The notes under the pieces were generated by a model, which did not search any database, was not told the origin of the DNA, and saw only the letters and a program-made list of their open reading frames with translations. Shown piece after piece: positions 10,627 through 22,414 of a stretch of 64,000 bases of DNA (within the stretch, counting starts at the first letter, position 1; every line of letters begins with the position of its first letter). Both the position numbers and the translations under genes were made by a program. Source of the DNA: Nibricoccus sp. Its GTDB lineage: Bacteria; Verrucomicrobiota; Verrucomicrobiia; Opitutales; Opitutaceae. The DNA lies in NCBI GenBank assembly GCA_047602425.1, contig JASGHG010000001.1, positions 2,304,001 through 2,368,000 of the forward strand. The letters are read 5' to 3'.

Positions 10627-10655
10627 CGGTTTGTCATCTATTAAATGACAAACCG
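10627..10655. repeat. Palindrome between convergent genes (bidirectional terminator or REP-like element)
   Basis: CGGTTTGTCAT-CTATTAA-ATGACAAACCG: 11-bp arms, no adjacent U tract. Confidence 0.55.
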
Positions 10656-10749
10656 CTTGGGAGAATGCTCCGTCAAAAACTGAAAGTTTAAAGGTTATAC
10701 ATGCTGTCACTTACCCGATCCTGAAGCGCTGGCTAAAGCCGGTCTGGCT

Positions 10750-11961
10750 TCAAGGGACGTTGGGAGTTTTGACTGGTTCGATGATTTCGAACCGGCCGCT
10801 GACTTGAAGCAGCGCGAGGAAGTAGAGGAGACCATCGTAGTAACGGTATCGACCCGACGGAATGGGCATTTCCCAGAGGCGTTGTACGAACGGCAACCCT
10901 GTCTTTTGGTCGGCGGCGAGCGCGCCAACCGCAGCCATTGCAAAGAGACCGGACGATGAATTTTTGGAGAGCGGTTTGCCGTCCAGAGTGAATTGATTGG
11001 GGCAACTGGATCCCTGCTGACCTAAAAAAGTAAGCACGCGGTTGGCTTGTTCCGTCTGCCACGGATCGCGGCCGAACCAAGTATGATCGACAGCGACATT
11101 TGCGATGGTTCGCCAGGCGTCATAGCGGAAATCGCCCTTTTCTTTCGGACGCGGGGAACCGTCGAATTCGGCATATTCGGGCATGAGCCCCGTCTTGGGA
11201 TGTGCGGCTCGGCGGAAAAAAGCGCGGCTCGCCTTGACGCATTCAGCCCAGAAACGACGGCCATCTTCGCTGCGATCCCAACGGGCCCAAAGTTCATAAA
11301 AGGCCGGCAGGTGGTACGACGGATCAGTGAAGGTGGCGGCTTCCTTGGTTGGAGCAAAGACGACTTGTTTGTGCGTGGCATCGAAAATGGCGGTTAGGCC
11401 GTTTCCTCGATCGCCGCGCCGCATGGCATCGAGCACGGATTGCGCCTCGATGGCGTAATTGAAAATTCCTTCGCCCGAACCCCAACGATTTGCCGCGAAC
11501 AGAAGAGCCATGGCGAACCATTCCTCACCGTCACTGGCGGAACCAGGATCGATCTGGGTGCCATCGTAGCGGCAATGCCAGGCGAAGTATCCGCGTCGCG
11601 GACCGTCTGCATGGTACATGTGAGTTTTGGCCCATTTCCAAATCCGGTCGAACTCGGCGCGTTTGTCGAGTTGCACGGCGATCATCATGCCATACGACAT
11701 GCCTTCGCTGCGGACATCGTTGCTCGCGATGTCGGCGACATAAGCCATCTCGCCCGCAACTGGGTAGTAAACGCGTTGCGCCTCGTCGTTGCCGTAGAAA
11801 AGTTGTTTCCACGCTGCATCAATCTTGGCATCGATCTCGGATTTGGATTTGCCGAGTTGTTCGGTAAAGAGATTGCGCGGCGCTGCGGCCAGCGGGATGT
11901 GGCTTGTTACAAGCAACAGCAGCGCAATGAACCAGCGCGGCGGATTTTTAAAGCGTATCAT
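10750..11961 (-). CDS. GH8 family, reducing-end xylose-releasing exo-oligoxylanase (Rex)-like, with signal peptide
   Basis: DVRSEGMSYGMM, ASDGEEW, FTDPSYHLPAFYELWA, DAWR and RYYDGLLY motifs. Confidence 0.88.
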   Translation of the reverse strand: MIRFKNPPRWFIALLLLVTSHIPLAAAPRNLFTEQLGKSKSEIDAKIDAAWKQLFYGNDEAQRVYYPVAGEMAYVADIASNDVRSEGMSYGMMIAVQLDKRAEFDRIWKWAKTHMYHADGPRRGYFAWHCRYDGTQIDPGSASDGEEWFAMALLFAANRWGSGEGIFNYAIEAQSVLDAMRRGDRGNGLTAIFDATHKQVVFAPTKEAATFTDPSYHLPAFYELWARWDRSEDGRRFWAECVKASRAFFRRAAHPKTGLMPEYAEFDGSPRPKEKGDFRYDAWRTIANVAVDHTWFGRDPWQTEQANRVLTFLGQQGSSCPNQFTLDGKPLSKNSSSGLFAMAAVGALAADQKTGLPFVQRLWEMPIPSGRYRYYDGLLYFLALLQVSGRFEIIEPVKTPNVP

Positions 11962-13475
11962 CAGGATGGTGCACCGGCTTTTGCCGAGGCTTTCTGCCGG
12001 CGCTCAGCGAGTTCATCGGCCATTTGCAGGGTGATTTTTTTGTTGAGCGTGCACAGCGAGATCGCAATCGCAGCGCCGAAGAAAAGAAGGCCGACGCCGA
12101 GACTGCTGGACATATGGTAGCCGTGGATCGCGTTGGGTGCGCTTGGCGCAGAGGTTTCGTAGCCCCAGAATCCACTCATGGCCCAAAGGAACACGGCGGA
12201 GCCAAGGGCGAGACCGGACTTGAGCGAGAAACCGATCGTGGCGAAAACCATGCCGGTGAAACGGCGCCCGGTTTGCCATTCGGAGTAATCGGAGGCGTCG
12301 GCGTACATTGCCCAAGCCACTGCGATGGTCGGAGCATAAACGACCGAACCGAGTGCTGCGAGTGCGAGCATTCCGGTCGTATTCGTTGGCGATAGCAGAT
12401 AGTATGCGCAGGAATTGATTCCGCCGAGCAGGAAGCCCCAGAAAATCACGGCCTTTTTGCCGAAATGTTTGGAGAGATTGGCCGAGAGGATGATGAAGAT
12501 GATCGTCGTGGCCGTGCCGACCATGTTGACGATGCTGTTGAAGACGTCGGCGACATTTCCGGGCAGGCTTTCGCGTGTGCCATGGGCAATGTAGCCTAAC
12601 CATTCTAAAACACCAGGCTGCGGCGTGAGGTCGGAGGTGGTGAGGCCGAGTTTTGCAATGAAATCGAACATCGCCGCCTTGTCGGCGTAGTGATGATAGA
12701 AATTGTAGTGCGCTCCGCCGCGATAGGTCAGCATCGCGAAGTTGAAGACCGTGAACGCCACCAGCGCCATCCACGGCTTGTTTTTCAACAGGTCGAGAAA
12801 ATCATCCTTGGGCGACGATTTTACCTCGGACACCGGCTTGATGCGCTCCTTGGTGGATAGGAATGTGACGACGAAAAGGATCAAGCAGAGCACAGCCCAG
12901 AGCGTCATCGTCATTTGCCAGCCATACTGGCGGTCGTGGGATTTGGCGAATTTCGCAACCAACGGCAAGGTACAGCCCCCGACGATGAATTGAGCGATGT
13001 TGACGGCGACGAAGCGGTAAGAATTGAGCTTGGTCCGCTCATTGAGATCGCCCGTCATGACCGCGCTCAGAGCGGAGTACGGCATGTTGTTCATCGAATA
13101 GAGCGTCATGAGGATCGTATTCGTGATGCCGGCGTAAGCGATCATCATGCCCGTGCTCCAACCCTTTGGTGTGGTGTACGCGAGAATCATCACCACGCAC
13201 CACGGGATCGCGGTCCACAGCACCCACGGGCGAAATTTGCCCCACCGGGTGTTGGTGCGGTCGGCCAGTACGCCCATGATCGGATCGAAAATGGCGTCCC
13301 ATAGGCGCGGCCACAAAAGAATCGCGGCGGCGGCGCTCGACGAGAGCCCAAAAACGTCGGTGTAGAAATTCGTTTGAAACAACACCATCGTCATGAAGAC
13401 GAAATTCGCGGCGGCATCACCGCCGCTGTAACCGACTTTTTCCAAAAACGACAGGCGCTGGATAGGGGCACTCAT
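11961..13475 (-). CDS. MFS glycoside-pentoside-hexuronide (GPH):cation symporter, probable xylo-oligosaccharide uptake
   Basis: EKVGYSGGD, FYTDVFG, RLWDAIFDP..G.LADRTNTRWGKFRPW and DYSEWQTGRR motifs; about 12 hydrophobic segments. Confidence 0.9.
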   Translation of the reverse strand: MSAPIQRLSFLEKVGYSGGDAAANFVFMTMVLFQTNFYTDVFGLSSSAAAAILLWPRLWDAIFDPIMGVLADRTNTRWGKFRPWVLWTAIPWCVVMILAYTTPKGWSTGMMIAYAGITNTILMTLYSMNNMPYSALSAVMTGDLNERTKLNSYRFVAVNIAQFIVGGCTLPLVAKFAKSHDRQYGWQMTMTLWAVLCLILFVVTFLSTKERIKPVSEVKSSPKDDFLDLLKNKPWMALVAFTVFNFAMLTYRGGAHYNFYHHYADKAAMFDFIAKLGLTTSDLTPQPGVLEWLGYIAHGTRESLPGNVADVFNSIVNMVGTATTIIFIILSANLSKHFGKKAVIFWGFLLGGINSCAYYLLSPTNTTGMLALAALGSVVYAPTIAVAWAMYADASDYSEWQTGRRFTGMVFATIGFSLKSGLALGSAVFLWAMSGFWGYETSAPSAPNAIHGYHMSSSLGVGLLFFGAAIAISLCTLNKKITLQMADELAERRQKASAKAGAPS

Positions 13476-13673
13476 GGGATGCGTAAAATTAGCAGGCAGG
13501 GGAGGTGGGGCAAGACGGGAGGGCGGGGCGGGCCGGCGACAAGACGCGGCAAAACGCTCCGTGGAAAACGGCGATGCGAGTCAAAATCATTCGAGGGACG
13601 ACGCGCAAAATCACCTTAGAGCTAACAATAGACTTGAGCCGTTCCGCTGGTTTCGCCGCAATCCTTCATCCCC

Positions 13674-14699
13674 ATGAGCGAACAACGTCGCGTTACCCTC
13701 GCCGACATCGCCGCCAAAGCCGGCGTGCACGTCACCACGGTTTCACTCGCCATCCGCAACCATCCGCGCCTGCCGGAGGCGACGCGCCAGCGTATCCAGA
13801 AACTGGCGACAGAAATGGGCTATACGCCGGACCCGTTTTTGCGGGCCTTGGTCTCCTACCGCGGCCGGGTGATGGAGCGGCGCAACCCGCCAACTTTGGC
13901 CTACGTGTCGAACTGGAACACGCGTTGGGGATGGAAAAAGGTTACGGCGCATCCGCAGTTTTTTGCCGGCGCGGAAAACGCCGCGCGCCAGTTGGGGTTT
14001 AACCTGGAGCATTTCTGGATGCGCGAGCCGGGCCTTACGCACGGTCGGTTGAGCCGCATCCTGTACTCTCGCGGCATCACCGGACTGATTATTGCGTCGC
14101 ACGTGCGCGAGATCGACGAAGCGCTCCAGTTCGACTGGTCGCATTTTAGCGCGGTGAAAATCGATTACTTCCCGCACCAGCCGCGTCTCCACAACGTGAC
14201 CAACAACCAGCTGCAGATCGCGCGCCTGGCGGTGCAGCGGGTGCGCGAGGCCGGATACAGGCGGATCGGGTTGGTGATGGACGATGGTTGGGATATCACG
14301 GTGGATCACTTGTGGCGCGCGGGTTTTCTATGGGAACAACAGAAGCTGGCCGCCAGGGATCGCATCCCGCCCCACATGTTTCCTTGTACGGAATCGTTTG
14401 AAAAATGGTACGAGCGGCATCGTCCCGAGGTGATCATCAGCAAGTCCGACTTCGTTTTGCCGCGCCTGAAGGAGATGGGCTTGCGTGTGCCGAGGGATGT
14501 GAAGTTCGTGGATATTTTTCTGGAGGATTTCTCGGGCACTTGGGCCGGCGTGCGGCAAAATCACGAGACAGTGGGAGCGCTTGCGGTCGAATTGCTCGCC
14601 GGTCAACTCCAGCACAACAAGTTCGGCGTACCCGAAATCCCTACGACGACCTACGTGGAAGGCACGTGGTTCGATGGAGCGTCCTGCCCGATGCGTTGA
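13674..14699 (+). CDS. LacI-family transcriptional regulator
   Basis: N-terminal HTH VTLADIAAKAGVHVTTVSLAIR...MGYTPDP plus a sugar-binding-like domain; divergent from the MFS/GH8 genes. Confidence 0.9.
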   Translation: MSEQRRVTLADIAAKAGVHVTTVSLAIRNHPRLPEATRQRIQKLATEMGYTPDPFLRALVSYRGRVMERRNPPTLAYVSNWNTRWGWKKVTAHPQFFAGAENAARQLGFNLEHFWMREPGLTHGRLSRILYSRGITGLIIASHVREIDEALQFDWSHFSAVKIDYFPHQPRLHNVTNNQLQIARLAVQRVREAGYRRIGLVMDDGWDITVDHLWRAGFLWEQQKLAARDRIPPHMFPCTESFEKWYERHRPEVIISKSDFVLPRLKEMGLRVPRDVKFVDIFLEDFSGTWAGVRQNHETVGALAVELLAGQLQHNKFGVPEIPTTTYVEGTWFDGASCPMR

Positions 14700-14994
14700 G
14701 GCGGGAAAATTCCGGGCCGAGGCTCATCTTTATTCTTAGGGAACGGTTTTCACTTAGCGCGGATTTTTCCAAAACTAAACAGGTCTCCGTTGCTTCGGTA
14801 CGGGAGAGTTATCGTTGCCTTTTCGGCGACTTCACAAAATCGCCTAAAGCGGCTGGCTGTACACCTCCATTCTCGCGGTCAGTGTGATCAGTTGAGACCG
14901 TCAATAAGCTGGAATGGGATGAAACTTTCTATTGATTGGAAAAAATCCGCTCCTATAAGTTGCGCCACTTTTCCCTATTCGTTCGCTTACTCGC

Positions 14995-15330
14995 ATGAAG
15001 ATCAAAGCCTATCTTAAGCCGTCCTGCGGCTGGTCCAATGGTGTTCGCGCCATCATGCGCAAATATTCCCTCGCGTACGAGGATATCGACATCATCAACA
15101 ACCGCGAGAATTACGCCGAGATGGTGCAAAAGTCCGGCCAGCCGCTTTCGCCTTGTGTCGAGGTGGATGGCGTGATGCTGGCGGATATCTCGGGTGAGGA
15201 AGTGGAGAATTATCTTTTATCCAACGACTTGGTAAAACCAAGTTCCGCTCCGGTCGACGCCGCGACCAACGCCGGCTGCTCGGACGACGAGCACGCAAAA
15301 ATGGCCACTAAAACGGTCCGTTTCTTTTAA
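14995..15330 (+). CDS. Monothiol glutaredoxin-like protein
   Basis: KPSCGWS active-site-like motif and SGQPLSPCVEVDG cis-Pro motif. Confidence 0.75.
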   Translation: MKIKAYLKPSCGWSNGVRAIMRKYSLAYEDIDIINNRENYAEMVQKSGQPLSPCVEVDGVMLADISGEEVENYLLSNDLVKPSSAPVDAATNAGCSDDEHAKMATKTVRFF

Positions 15331-15362
15331 CCGAGGCTGCTCGTCACAACGTCAAACCCACG

Positions 15363-15391
15363 AGCCGGCCTCAAAAAGGGCCGGCTTTTTT
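15363..15391 (+). terminator. Rho-independent terminator
   Basis: AGCCGGCC-loop-GGCCGGCT followed by a T tract. Confidence 0.85.
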
Positions 15392-15549
15392 GCGTCCCGT
15401 TATTTCAACCTTCAACCCACCTTCTCTTACCCATCGCACGTGGTGCAACTAATAGCTCTTTTCACCCGGATTTTGTGTTTGCCCCGACGTTTTTCTCCCT
15501 TCGAAATTTTCCGCTTTACTCATTGACCCACCCTTCAACAACGCACGGT

Positions 15550-18500
15550 ATGGCCAGAATGCACAGTAGAAACGACAACACTCAGAGCACCCCAGCACGT
15601 CAGCACGGTCTGCCGAAAAAGCAGGGGCTCTACGATCCGTTCTTCGAACACGACGCTTGCGGCGTCGGCTTTGTGGTGGACATGAAGGGTCGCAAATCGC
15701 ACCAGATCGTCAAGCAGGCCGTCCAGATTTTGGAAAATCTCGATCACCGTGGCGCCGCTGGCAGCGAACCCAACACCGGTGACGGTGCTGGCGTGCTCAT
15801 GCAGATTCCGCACAGCTTTTTTGTCGAAGCTGCCAAGAAGGCCCGTTTCTCCCTTCCGGCCGCCGGCCAATACGGCGTGGGCATCGTTTTCCTCCCGAAG
15901 AACCAAACCAAGCGTCGTCGCCTCGAGGAGAAATTCCAGCAAATCGTCCAATCCGAAGGCCAGGCTTTTCTCGGTTGGCGCACGGTCCCGACCGACAATT
16001 CTTCCCTCGGTGAAACCGCCAAGTCCGCCGAGCCGTACATGCGCCAAGCGTTCATCGGCCGCGCTGCCGATTTGAAGGACGATCTCGCTTTCGAACGTAA
16101 GCTCTACGTCATTCGCAAGCGCGCTTACAACGAGATCCGTTGTTCCACGATGGATGGCGCCGAATACTGGTACCTGCCTAGCCTTTCCTGCCGAACCATC
16201 GTCTATAAGGGCATGCTGCTCACCACGCAGCTCGCGACGTACTTCCTCGACCTGCAAAATCCGTCGATGGAAACCGCCCTCGCGCTGGTCCACTCGCGTT
16301 TTTCGACGAACACCTTCCCCAGCTGGGATCGTTCGCACCCGTACCGCTACGTCGCCCACAACGGCGAAATCAACACCCTCCGCGGCAACATCAACTGGAT
16401 GCATGCTCGCGAAGCGCTTTTCGAATCCGAGCTCTTCGGCGACGACATCAAGAAGATCCTTCCGATCATTGACCCGAACGGTTCTGACTCGGCGATGTTC
16501 GATAACACTCTCGAGCTTCTCTATCTCGCTGGCCGCCCGATCGAGCACGCGGTGATGATGATGATCCCCGAGCCATGGTCCAACCACGAGAGCATGAGCC
16601 CGGAGCGCAAGGCCTTCTACCAATACCACTCCTGCTTGATGGAGCCATGGGATGGCCCAGCGTCGATCGCTTTCACCGACGGCAAGTCCATCGGTGCGAT
16701 CCTCGACCGCAACGGTCTGCGTCCCTCGCGTTTTTACGTTACCAAGGATGGCCTTGTCATCATGGCCTCCGAAGCCGGCGTGCTCGACATTCCTGCCGAC
16801 AAGATCGAGCGCAAGGGTCGTCTCCAACCCGGCCGCATCTTCGTCGTTAACACCGAAGAAGGCCGCATCGTTGAAGACGAGGAAATCAAATCCAAGCTCG
16901 CCGCGGAGCGTCCATACGGCGAATGGATCAAGGAGCACCTCATCCATCTCGAAGATCTGCCGTACGCTCCGGAAGTCCCGAAACCGGACCATGACACCTT
17001 GCTCCACCGCCAGGTTGCCTTTGGTTATACTTTCGAAGACCAACGCATCATCCTCACGCCGATGGCGAAGGACGGTGTCGAAGCCACCGGTGCGATGGGC
17101 AATGATGCCGCACTCGCCGTTCTCTCAAACAAGCCACGCCTGCTGTTTGATTATTTCAAACAACTATTTGCGCAAGTTACGAACCCGCCGATCGACTGTA
17201 TCCGCGAAGAAATTGTTACATCCGCCGAAACGCGTTTGGGATCCGAAGGCAACCTTTTGGCTGCACAACCGAGCGCCGCTCGCCGCGTCGAATTGAAGTG
17301 GCCGGTTTTGACGAACGAAGAGTTTGCCAAGATCCGCCGTCTCGACCGCCCGGGCTTCAAGGTCGGCGTGTTGCCGATCCTCTTCCGCGTGACTCGCGGT
17401 GAGAAGGGCCTCGCGAAGGCCTTCGAGGAACTTTGCCTCATGTCCCGCCGCATGATCGAGGAAGAGGAAGTCACCGTCCTCATCCTCAGCGACCGTGGCG
17501 TCACCAAGGAATTTGCGCCGATCCCGTCGTTGCTCGCCGTCGCCGGCCTGCACCACTACTTGATCCGCGAAGGTCTGCGCACCCGCATCAGCCTCGTGCT
17601 CGAAACCGGTGAAGCCCGCGAAGTACACCACTTCTCGCTGCTCATCGGTTACGGCTGCAGCGCGATCAACCCATACGTTGCCTTTGAGACGATTGACGGC
17701 ATGATTCAGGACGGCCTGTTGCCCGACATCGACCACAAGACAGCCTGCAAGAACTTCGTGAAGGCCGCCGCCAAGGGCGTCGTGAAGGTCATGTCCAAGA
17801 TGGGCATTTCCGCCATTCAAAGCTACCGCGGCGCGCAGGTCTTCGAAGCCGTTGGCCTGCGTCAGGACGTCATCGATCAATACTTCACCTGGACGCCTTC
17901 CCGCGTCGGTGGCATCGGCCTCGATGTTATCGCCCAGGAAGTGCTCGCCCGCCACCGCGCCGCCTTCCCGGATCGCTCGGTTAACGGCGTCGTTCTCCCC
18001 GCCGGCGGCCAGTACAAGTGGCGCGACGACGGCGAATATCACCTCTTCAATCCCGAGACCATCCACCACCTCCAAAAGGCGGTGCGCACAGGCAGCATGC
18101 CGGTCTTCAAGCAGTACTCGAAGCTCATCGACGACCAGTCGAAGAACCTTTGCACGCTGCGCGGCTTGCTCGATTTCAAGGCCTCCACCGCCATTCCGAT
18201 CGAGGAAGTAGAACCCGTCGAGGCGATCATGAAACGCTTCAAGACCGGCGCCATGTCCTACGGCTCGATCTCGAAGGAGGCTCACGAAACACTCGCCATC
18301 GCCATGAACCGCATCGGCGGCAAGTCGAATACCGGCGAAGGTGGCGAAGACCGCGAACGTTTCACTTGGACGAACGAACAAGGCGACTCGAAAAACTCCG
18401 CCATCAAGCAGGTCGCTTCCGGCCGTTTCGGCGTGACGAGCGAATACCTCGCCAATGCCCGCGAACTTCAGATCAAGATGGCGCAAGGCGCGAAGCCTGG

Positions 18501-20196
18501 CGAAGGCGGCCAGTTGCCCGGCACGAAGGTTTATCCGTGGGTCGCCAAGACCCGTGGTACGACTGCTGGCGTCGGCCTCATCTCACCTCCGCCGCACCAC
18601 GACATTTACTCGATCGAAGATCTCGCCGAGCTGATCCACGACTTGAAGAACGGCAACCGTTTCGCGCGCATCAGCGTGAAGCTCGTCGCCGAAGTCGGCG
18701 TCGGCACGATCGCCGCTGGCGTCGCCAAGGCCCATGCTGACGTCGTTCTCATCTCCGGCCACGACGGCGGCACGGGTGCCTCGCCGCAAACCTCGATCAA
18801 GCACGCCGGTTTGCCTTGGGAACTCGGTCTCGCCGAGACGCACCAGACGCTCGTGCTCAATAATCTCCGCAGCCGTATCGCCGTTGAAACCGACGGTCAG
18901 CTCAAGACCGGCCGCGACGTTGTCATCGCCGCGCTGCTCGGTGCCGAAGAGTTCGGTTTCGCGACCGCTCCGCTCGTCGCCACTGGCTGTATCATGATGC
19001 GCGTTTGCCATCTGAACACCTGCCCGGTCGGTGTCGCTACCCAGGACCCGCGTCTCCGCGAAAAATTCACCGGCAAGCCCGAGCACGTCGTCAACTTCAT
19101 GCGATTCATCGCAACGGAAGTTCGCGAGCACATGGCCCAGCTAGGCTTCCGCACCATCGCCGAGATGATCGGTCACACCGAGCGCCTCGAGCCGAAGAAG
19201 GCCGTCGATCACTGGAAGGCCAAAGGCGTCGACTTAACCAATATCTTGTACCAACCGGACGTTCCGGAATCCGTCGGCCGCTATTGCCAGATGGAGCAGG
19301 ACCACGGTCTCGACAAGTCGCTCGACCTCACGCAACTCCTCCCGATCTGCAAACCCGCGATCGAGAAGGGCGAAAAAGTTGTCGCGCAACTACCGATCCG
19401 CAACGTCAACCGCGTTGTCGGCACCATCACCGGCTACGAAGTCACCAAGAAGTACGGCCGCGAAGGTCTCCCTGAGGACACCATCCGCGTTCACTTCACC
19501 GGCTCCGCCGGCCAGAGCTTCGGCGCTTTCATGCCGAAGGGCATGAGCTTCACGCTCGAAGGTGACATCAACGACTATCTCGGCAAGGGCCTCTCCGGCG
19601 GAAAAATCGCCGTCTTCCCGCCCGCCGCTTCCACATTTGTCCCTGAGGACAACATGATCGTTGGCAACGTCGCCCTCTACGGTGCGACCGCGGGCGAAGT
19701 CTACATCCGCGGCCAGGCCGGCGAGCGCTTCGGCGTCCGCAACTCCGGCGTCAACGCCGTGGTTGAAGGCGTGGGCGATAACGGCTGCGAATACATGACC
19801 GGCGGACGCGTGATCGTTCTCGGCGTCGCAGGCCGCAACTTCGCCGCTGGCATGTCCGGTGGCGTCGCTTACGTCCTCGACGAAAAGGGTGATTTCCCAA
19901 CTCGCGTGAACAAGCAGATGGTCGGCATCGAGAAGCTCGAAGACGCGGCGGAAATTGCCGAGGTCCGCAAGCTCATCGAAAACCACCTCGCTGCGACAAA
20001 GAGCACGCGCGCCAAGGCCGTCCTCGACAACTGGGCCGCCAACGTGCCGAAGTTCGTCAAGATCCTCCCGCACGACTACAAGCGCATGCTCGCGGAAATC
20101 AAAAACGCCGAGGCCCAGGGCCTCACCGGCGAAGAAGCCATCATGGCTGCCTTCGAGAAAAATTCCCGCGACCTCTCCCGCGTAGGCGGCAACTAA
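15550..20196 (+). CDS. gltB: Glutamate synthase large subunit
   Basis: EHDACGVGF glutaminase N-terminus, [37 protein letters not shown] [3Fe-4S] motif and GXGXG domain. Start is ATG 15550 or 15559. Confidence 0.97.
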   Translation: MARMHSRNDNTQSTPARQHGLPKKQGLYDPFFEHDACGVGFVVDMKGRKSHQIVKQAVQILENLDHRGAAGSEPNTGDGAGVLMQIPHSFFVEAAKKARFSLPAAGQYGVGIVFLPKNQTKRRRLEEKFQQIVQSEGQAFLGWRTVPTDNSSLGETAKSAEPYMRQAFIGRAADLKDDLAFERKLYVIRKRAYNEIRCSTMDGAEYWYLPSLSCRTIVYKGMLLTTQLATYFLDLQNPSMETALALVHSRFSTNTFPSWDRSHPYRYVAHNGEINTLRGNINWMHAREALFESELFGDDIKKILPIIDPNGSDSAMFDNTLELLYLAGRPIEHAVMMMIPEPWSNHESMSPERKAFYQYHSCLMEPWDGPASIAFTDGKSIGAILDRNGLRPSRFYVTKDGLVIMASEAGVLDIPADKIERKGRLQPGRIFVVNTEEGRIVEDEEIKSKLAAERPYGEWIKEHLIHLEDLPYAPEVPKPDHDTLLHRQVAFGYTFEDQRIILTPMAKDGVEATGAMGNDAALAVLSNKPRLLFDYFKQLFAQVTNPPIDCIREEIVTSAETRLGSEGNLLAAQPSAARRVELKWPVLTNEEFAKIRRLDRPGFKVGVLPILFRVTRGEKGLAKAFEELCLMSRRMIEEEEVTVLILSDRGVTKEFAPIPSLLAVAGLHHYLIREGLRTRISLVLETGEAREVHHFSLLIGYGCSAINPYVAFETIDGMIQDGLLPDIDHKTACKNFVKAAAKGVVKVMSKMGISAIQSYRGAQVFEAVGLRQDVIDQYFTWTPSRVGGIGLDVIAQEVLARHRAAFPDRSVNGVVLPAGGQYKWRDDGEYHLFNPETIHHLQKAVRTGSMPVFKQYSKLIDDQSKNLCTLRGLLDFKASTAIPIEEVEPVEAIMKRFKTGAMSYGSISKEAHETLAIAMNRIGGKSNTGEGGEDRERFTWTNEQGDSKNSAIKQVASGRFGVTSEYLANARELQIKMAQGAKPGEGGQLPGTKVYPWVAKTRGTTAGVGLISPPPHHDIYSIEDLAELIHDLKNGNRFARISVKLVAEVGVGTIAAGVAKAHADVVLISGHDGGTGASPQTSIKHAGLPWELGLAETHQTLVLNNLRSRIAVETDGQLKTGRDVVIAALLGAEEFGFATAPLVATGCIMMRVCHLNTCPVGVATQDPRLREKFTGKPEHVVNFMRFIATEVREHMAQLGFRTIAEMIGHTERLEPKKAVDHWKAKGVDLTNILYQPDVPESVGRYCQMEQDHGLDKSLDLTQLLPICKPAIEKGEKVVAQLPIRNVNRVVGTITGYEVTKKYGREGLPEDTIRVHFTGSAGQSFGAFMPKGMSFTLEGDINDYLGKGLSGGKIAVFPPAASTFVPEDNMIVGNVALYGATAGEVYIRGQAGERFGVRNSGVNAVVEGVGDNGCEYMTGGRVIVLGVAGRNFAAGMSGGVAYVLDEKGDFPTRVNKQMVGIEKLEDAAEIAEVRKLIENHLAATKSTRAKAVLDNWAANVPKFVKILPHDYKRMLAEIKNAEAQGLTGEEAIMAAFEKNSRDLSRVGGN

Positions 20197-20215
20197 CACT
20201 TCACAGACCACTGCC

Positions 20216-21700
20216 ATGGGCAAACCAACTGGATTCATTGAGTACCTGCGCGAAATCCCTGTCGACCGTCCGGCGCTTGAACGCATACGCGACTGGAACG
20301 AGTTCCACCTCCACATGGAGGAGAAAAAACTGCGCAATCAGGGCGCGCGTTGCATGGATTGCGGCATTCCCTTCTGCCACACCGGCAAGCTCATCAGCGG
20401 CATGGCTGCGGGCTGCCCAATCCACAACCTGATCCCCGAGTGGAACGACCTCGTCTTCCGCGACCTCTGGCACGAAGCGCTCGACCGCCTGCACAAGACG
20501 AACAACTTCCCGGACTTCACCGGTCGCGTTTGCCCCGCTCCTTGCGAAGGCTCCTGTACGCTCGGCATCATCAATCCGCCCGTCACGATCAAGAACATCG
20601 AGTGCGCGATCATCGACAAGGGCTTCGATGAAGGCTGGGTCACGCCCGAGGCGCCGAAAGTTCGCACCGGCAAAAAGGTGGCAGTGATTGGTTCGGGTCC
20701 GGCCGGACTTGCCGCCGCCGCGCAACTCAACAAAGCCGGCCACACCGTCACCGTCTTTGAACGTGCCGACCGCCCAGGTGGCCTCCTCATGTACGGCATC
20801 CCGAACATGAAGCTCGACAAAAAAGAAGTCGTGCTCCGCCGCGTGAAGCTCCTCGAACAAGAAGGCGTAAAGTTCATCTGCAACGCCAACGTCGGCGAAA
20901 ACGTCGAACCGCAGATCTTTCTCAAGGAATTTGACGCCACCGTCATCTGCACCGGCGCGACCAAGGCTCGCGATCTTCCCATTGAAGGCCGCAACCTCAA
21001 GGGCATCCATCTCGCGATCGAATATCTCACCAGCACGACCAAGGCGGTTCTCGCTGGCAACCCTGCTTCCTCTGCCATCACCGCGAAGGACAAGCACGTC
21101 GTCGTCATCGGCGGTGGCGACACCGGCACCGATTGCGTGGGTTCCTCGATCCGTCTTGGCTGCAAGAGCGTCGTTCAAATCGAAATTCTCCCGAAGCCTC
21201 CGCTGGAACGCCAGCCCGACAATCCGTGGCCCGAATGGCCCAAGACCCTCAAGGTCGACTACGGTCAGGAAGAAGCCGCCGCCAAGCAGGGTGCCGATCC
21301 GCGCGTATACCTCACCACCGTGAAAAAATTCATCGGTGACGCCGAAGGCAAGGTGAAGGAACTCGTGACCGTCCAAATCAAATGGGACAAAAACGAGAAG
21401 GGCCAATTCGTCCCGGTCGAACAAGCCGGCACCGAAAAGACCATTCCCGCCGACCTCGTTCTCCTCGCCATGGGCTTCGTCGGACCCGAGCAGGCCATCC
21501 TTGACGAACTCAAGCTCGAACGTGACGCCCGAACCAACATCAAGGCGGAACACGAGAAATACACGACCAACATCAAAGGCATCTTCGCCGCGGGTGACTG
21601 CCGTCGTGGCCAGAGCCTTGTGGTTTGGGCGATCAACGAAGGCCGCGGCGCTGCTCGCGAAGCCGATCGTTACCTGATGGGCACGACCGATCTGCCATAA
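20216..21700 (+). CDS. gltD: Glutamate synthase small subunit
   Basis: [34 protein letters not shown] and GQSLVVWAI motifs; directly follows gltB. Confidence 0.97.
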   Translation: MGKPTGFIEYLREIPVDRPALERIRDWNEFHLHMEEKKLRNQGARCMDCGIPFCHTGKLISGMAAGCPIHNLIPEWNDLVFRDLWHEALDRLHKTNNFPDFTGRVCPAPCEGSCTLGIINPPVTIKNIECAIIDKGFDEGWVTPEAPKVRTGKKVAVIGSGPAGLAAAAQLNKAGHTVTVFERADRPGGLLMYGIPNMKLDKKEVVLRRVKLLEQEGVKFICNANVGENVEPQIFLKEFDATVICTGATKARDLPIEGRNLKGIHLAIEYLTSTTKAVLAGNPASSAITAKDKHVVVIGGGDTGTDCVGSSIRLGCKSVVQIEILPKPPLERQPDNPWPEWPKTLKVDYGQEEAAAKQGADPRVYLTTVKKFIGDAEGKVKELVTVQIKWDKNEKGQFVPVEQAGTEKTIPADLVLLAMGFVGPEQAILDELKLERDARTNIKAEHEKYTTNIKGIFAAGDCRRGQSLVVWAINEGRGAAREADRYLMGTTDLP

Positions 21701-21739
21701 ACCATCGAAAAAAGAGACCTCCTCTCTGAGCAAAGTTTC

Positions 21740-21770
21740 AAAGCGCGACTCTTATGAGTCGCGCTTTTTT
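21740..21770 (+). terminator. Rho-independent terminator of gltBD
   Basis: AAAGCGCGACTC-TTAT-GAGTCGCGCTTT followed by a T tract. Confidence 0.9.
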
Positions 21771-21887
21771 ATGTCTGGGCTGTGCTTCCCAATTGCTTGT
21801 GACAAACATAGCGGCACACCGCCCAATCAGGCCACCCACCTCTCTGCCGAGGAGCCGTCTGCACCGCCTAAACGTTGTTGTCGATCC

Positions 21888-22148
21888 TTACCGTGTCTTA
21901 CGCAGACGTTTTTTAGGAGGTGGGTTTTCTGCGACCAGCAGCGTCGCGTCAGTCGGTTCGTGTTGGTAGGTTTCCCGAACTTCGCGATAAATCACCCGAT
22001 GTTGGACAGTCTCTTCCAACACCTTTCTTACGTATGCGCCGAGTTTTTTCCCCGAGGCTCCCGCGAGGCGGCTGAGCTCAGCATGGAGTGAAGAAGGCAC
22101 GTTTACCGTGAGGTTCTTGGTGTCTGGTCCTATGGGATTGCTCGGCAT
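21888..22148 (-). CDS. Small ribbon-helix-helix (Arc/CopG-like) DNA-binding protein
   Basis: KNLTVNVPSSLHAELSRLAGASGKKLGAYVRKVLEE fits the strand-helix-helix pattern. Start placed at ATG 22148. Confidence 0.6.
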   Translation of the reverse strand: MPSNPIGPDTKNLTVNVPSSLHAELSRLAGASGKKLGAYVRKVLEETVQHRVIYREVRETYQHEPTDATLLVAENPPPKKRLRKTR

Positions 22149-22216
22149 GGTCACGCTTCGGCGAAAGCCTTGCAAAAGGCGTTGACAGTGCAAAACCTTA
22201 AATCTTACTAAGAAAT

Positions 22217-22414
22217 ATGGGAGCCCGATTGAGTGTGAAAATTTCTTCCTCTCTGGATCGCCAGCTTAAAGCCAGGGCTGCGGCTCGGACCATGTCCAAA
22301 TCCGATATGGTACGGGAAATTTTATGCAGACATGTTCTGGACACGAAGTTGGCCGCAACGCAGAAATCCCGGGTTAAGCAACACCAACTGAGAAATCGGA
22401 AGGTCAGCGCATGA
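22217..22414 (+). CDS. Small ribbon-helix-helix (CopG-like) protein
   Basis: RLSVKISSSLDRQLKARAAARTMSKSDMVREIL pattern; TTGACA lies 35 nt upstream. Confidence 0.65.
   Translation: MGARLSVKISSSLDRQLKARAAARTMSKSDMVREILCRHVLDTKLAATQKSRVKQHQLRNRKVSA

Noticed and set aside
13476..13673. LacI operator in the divergent MFS/LacI gap
   Set aside because: No clear palindrome with a central CG could be identified.
21771..22091. 106-aa plus-strand ORF
   Set aside because: It starts at the end of the gltD terminator, overlaps the better-supported minus-strand RHH ORF, and has no motif.
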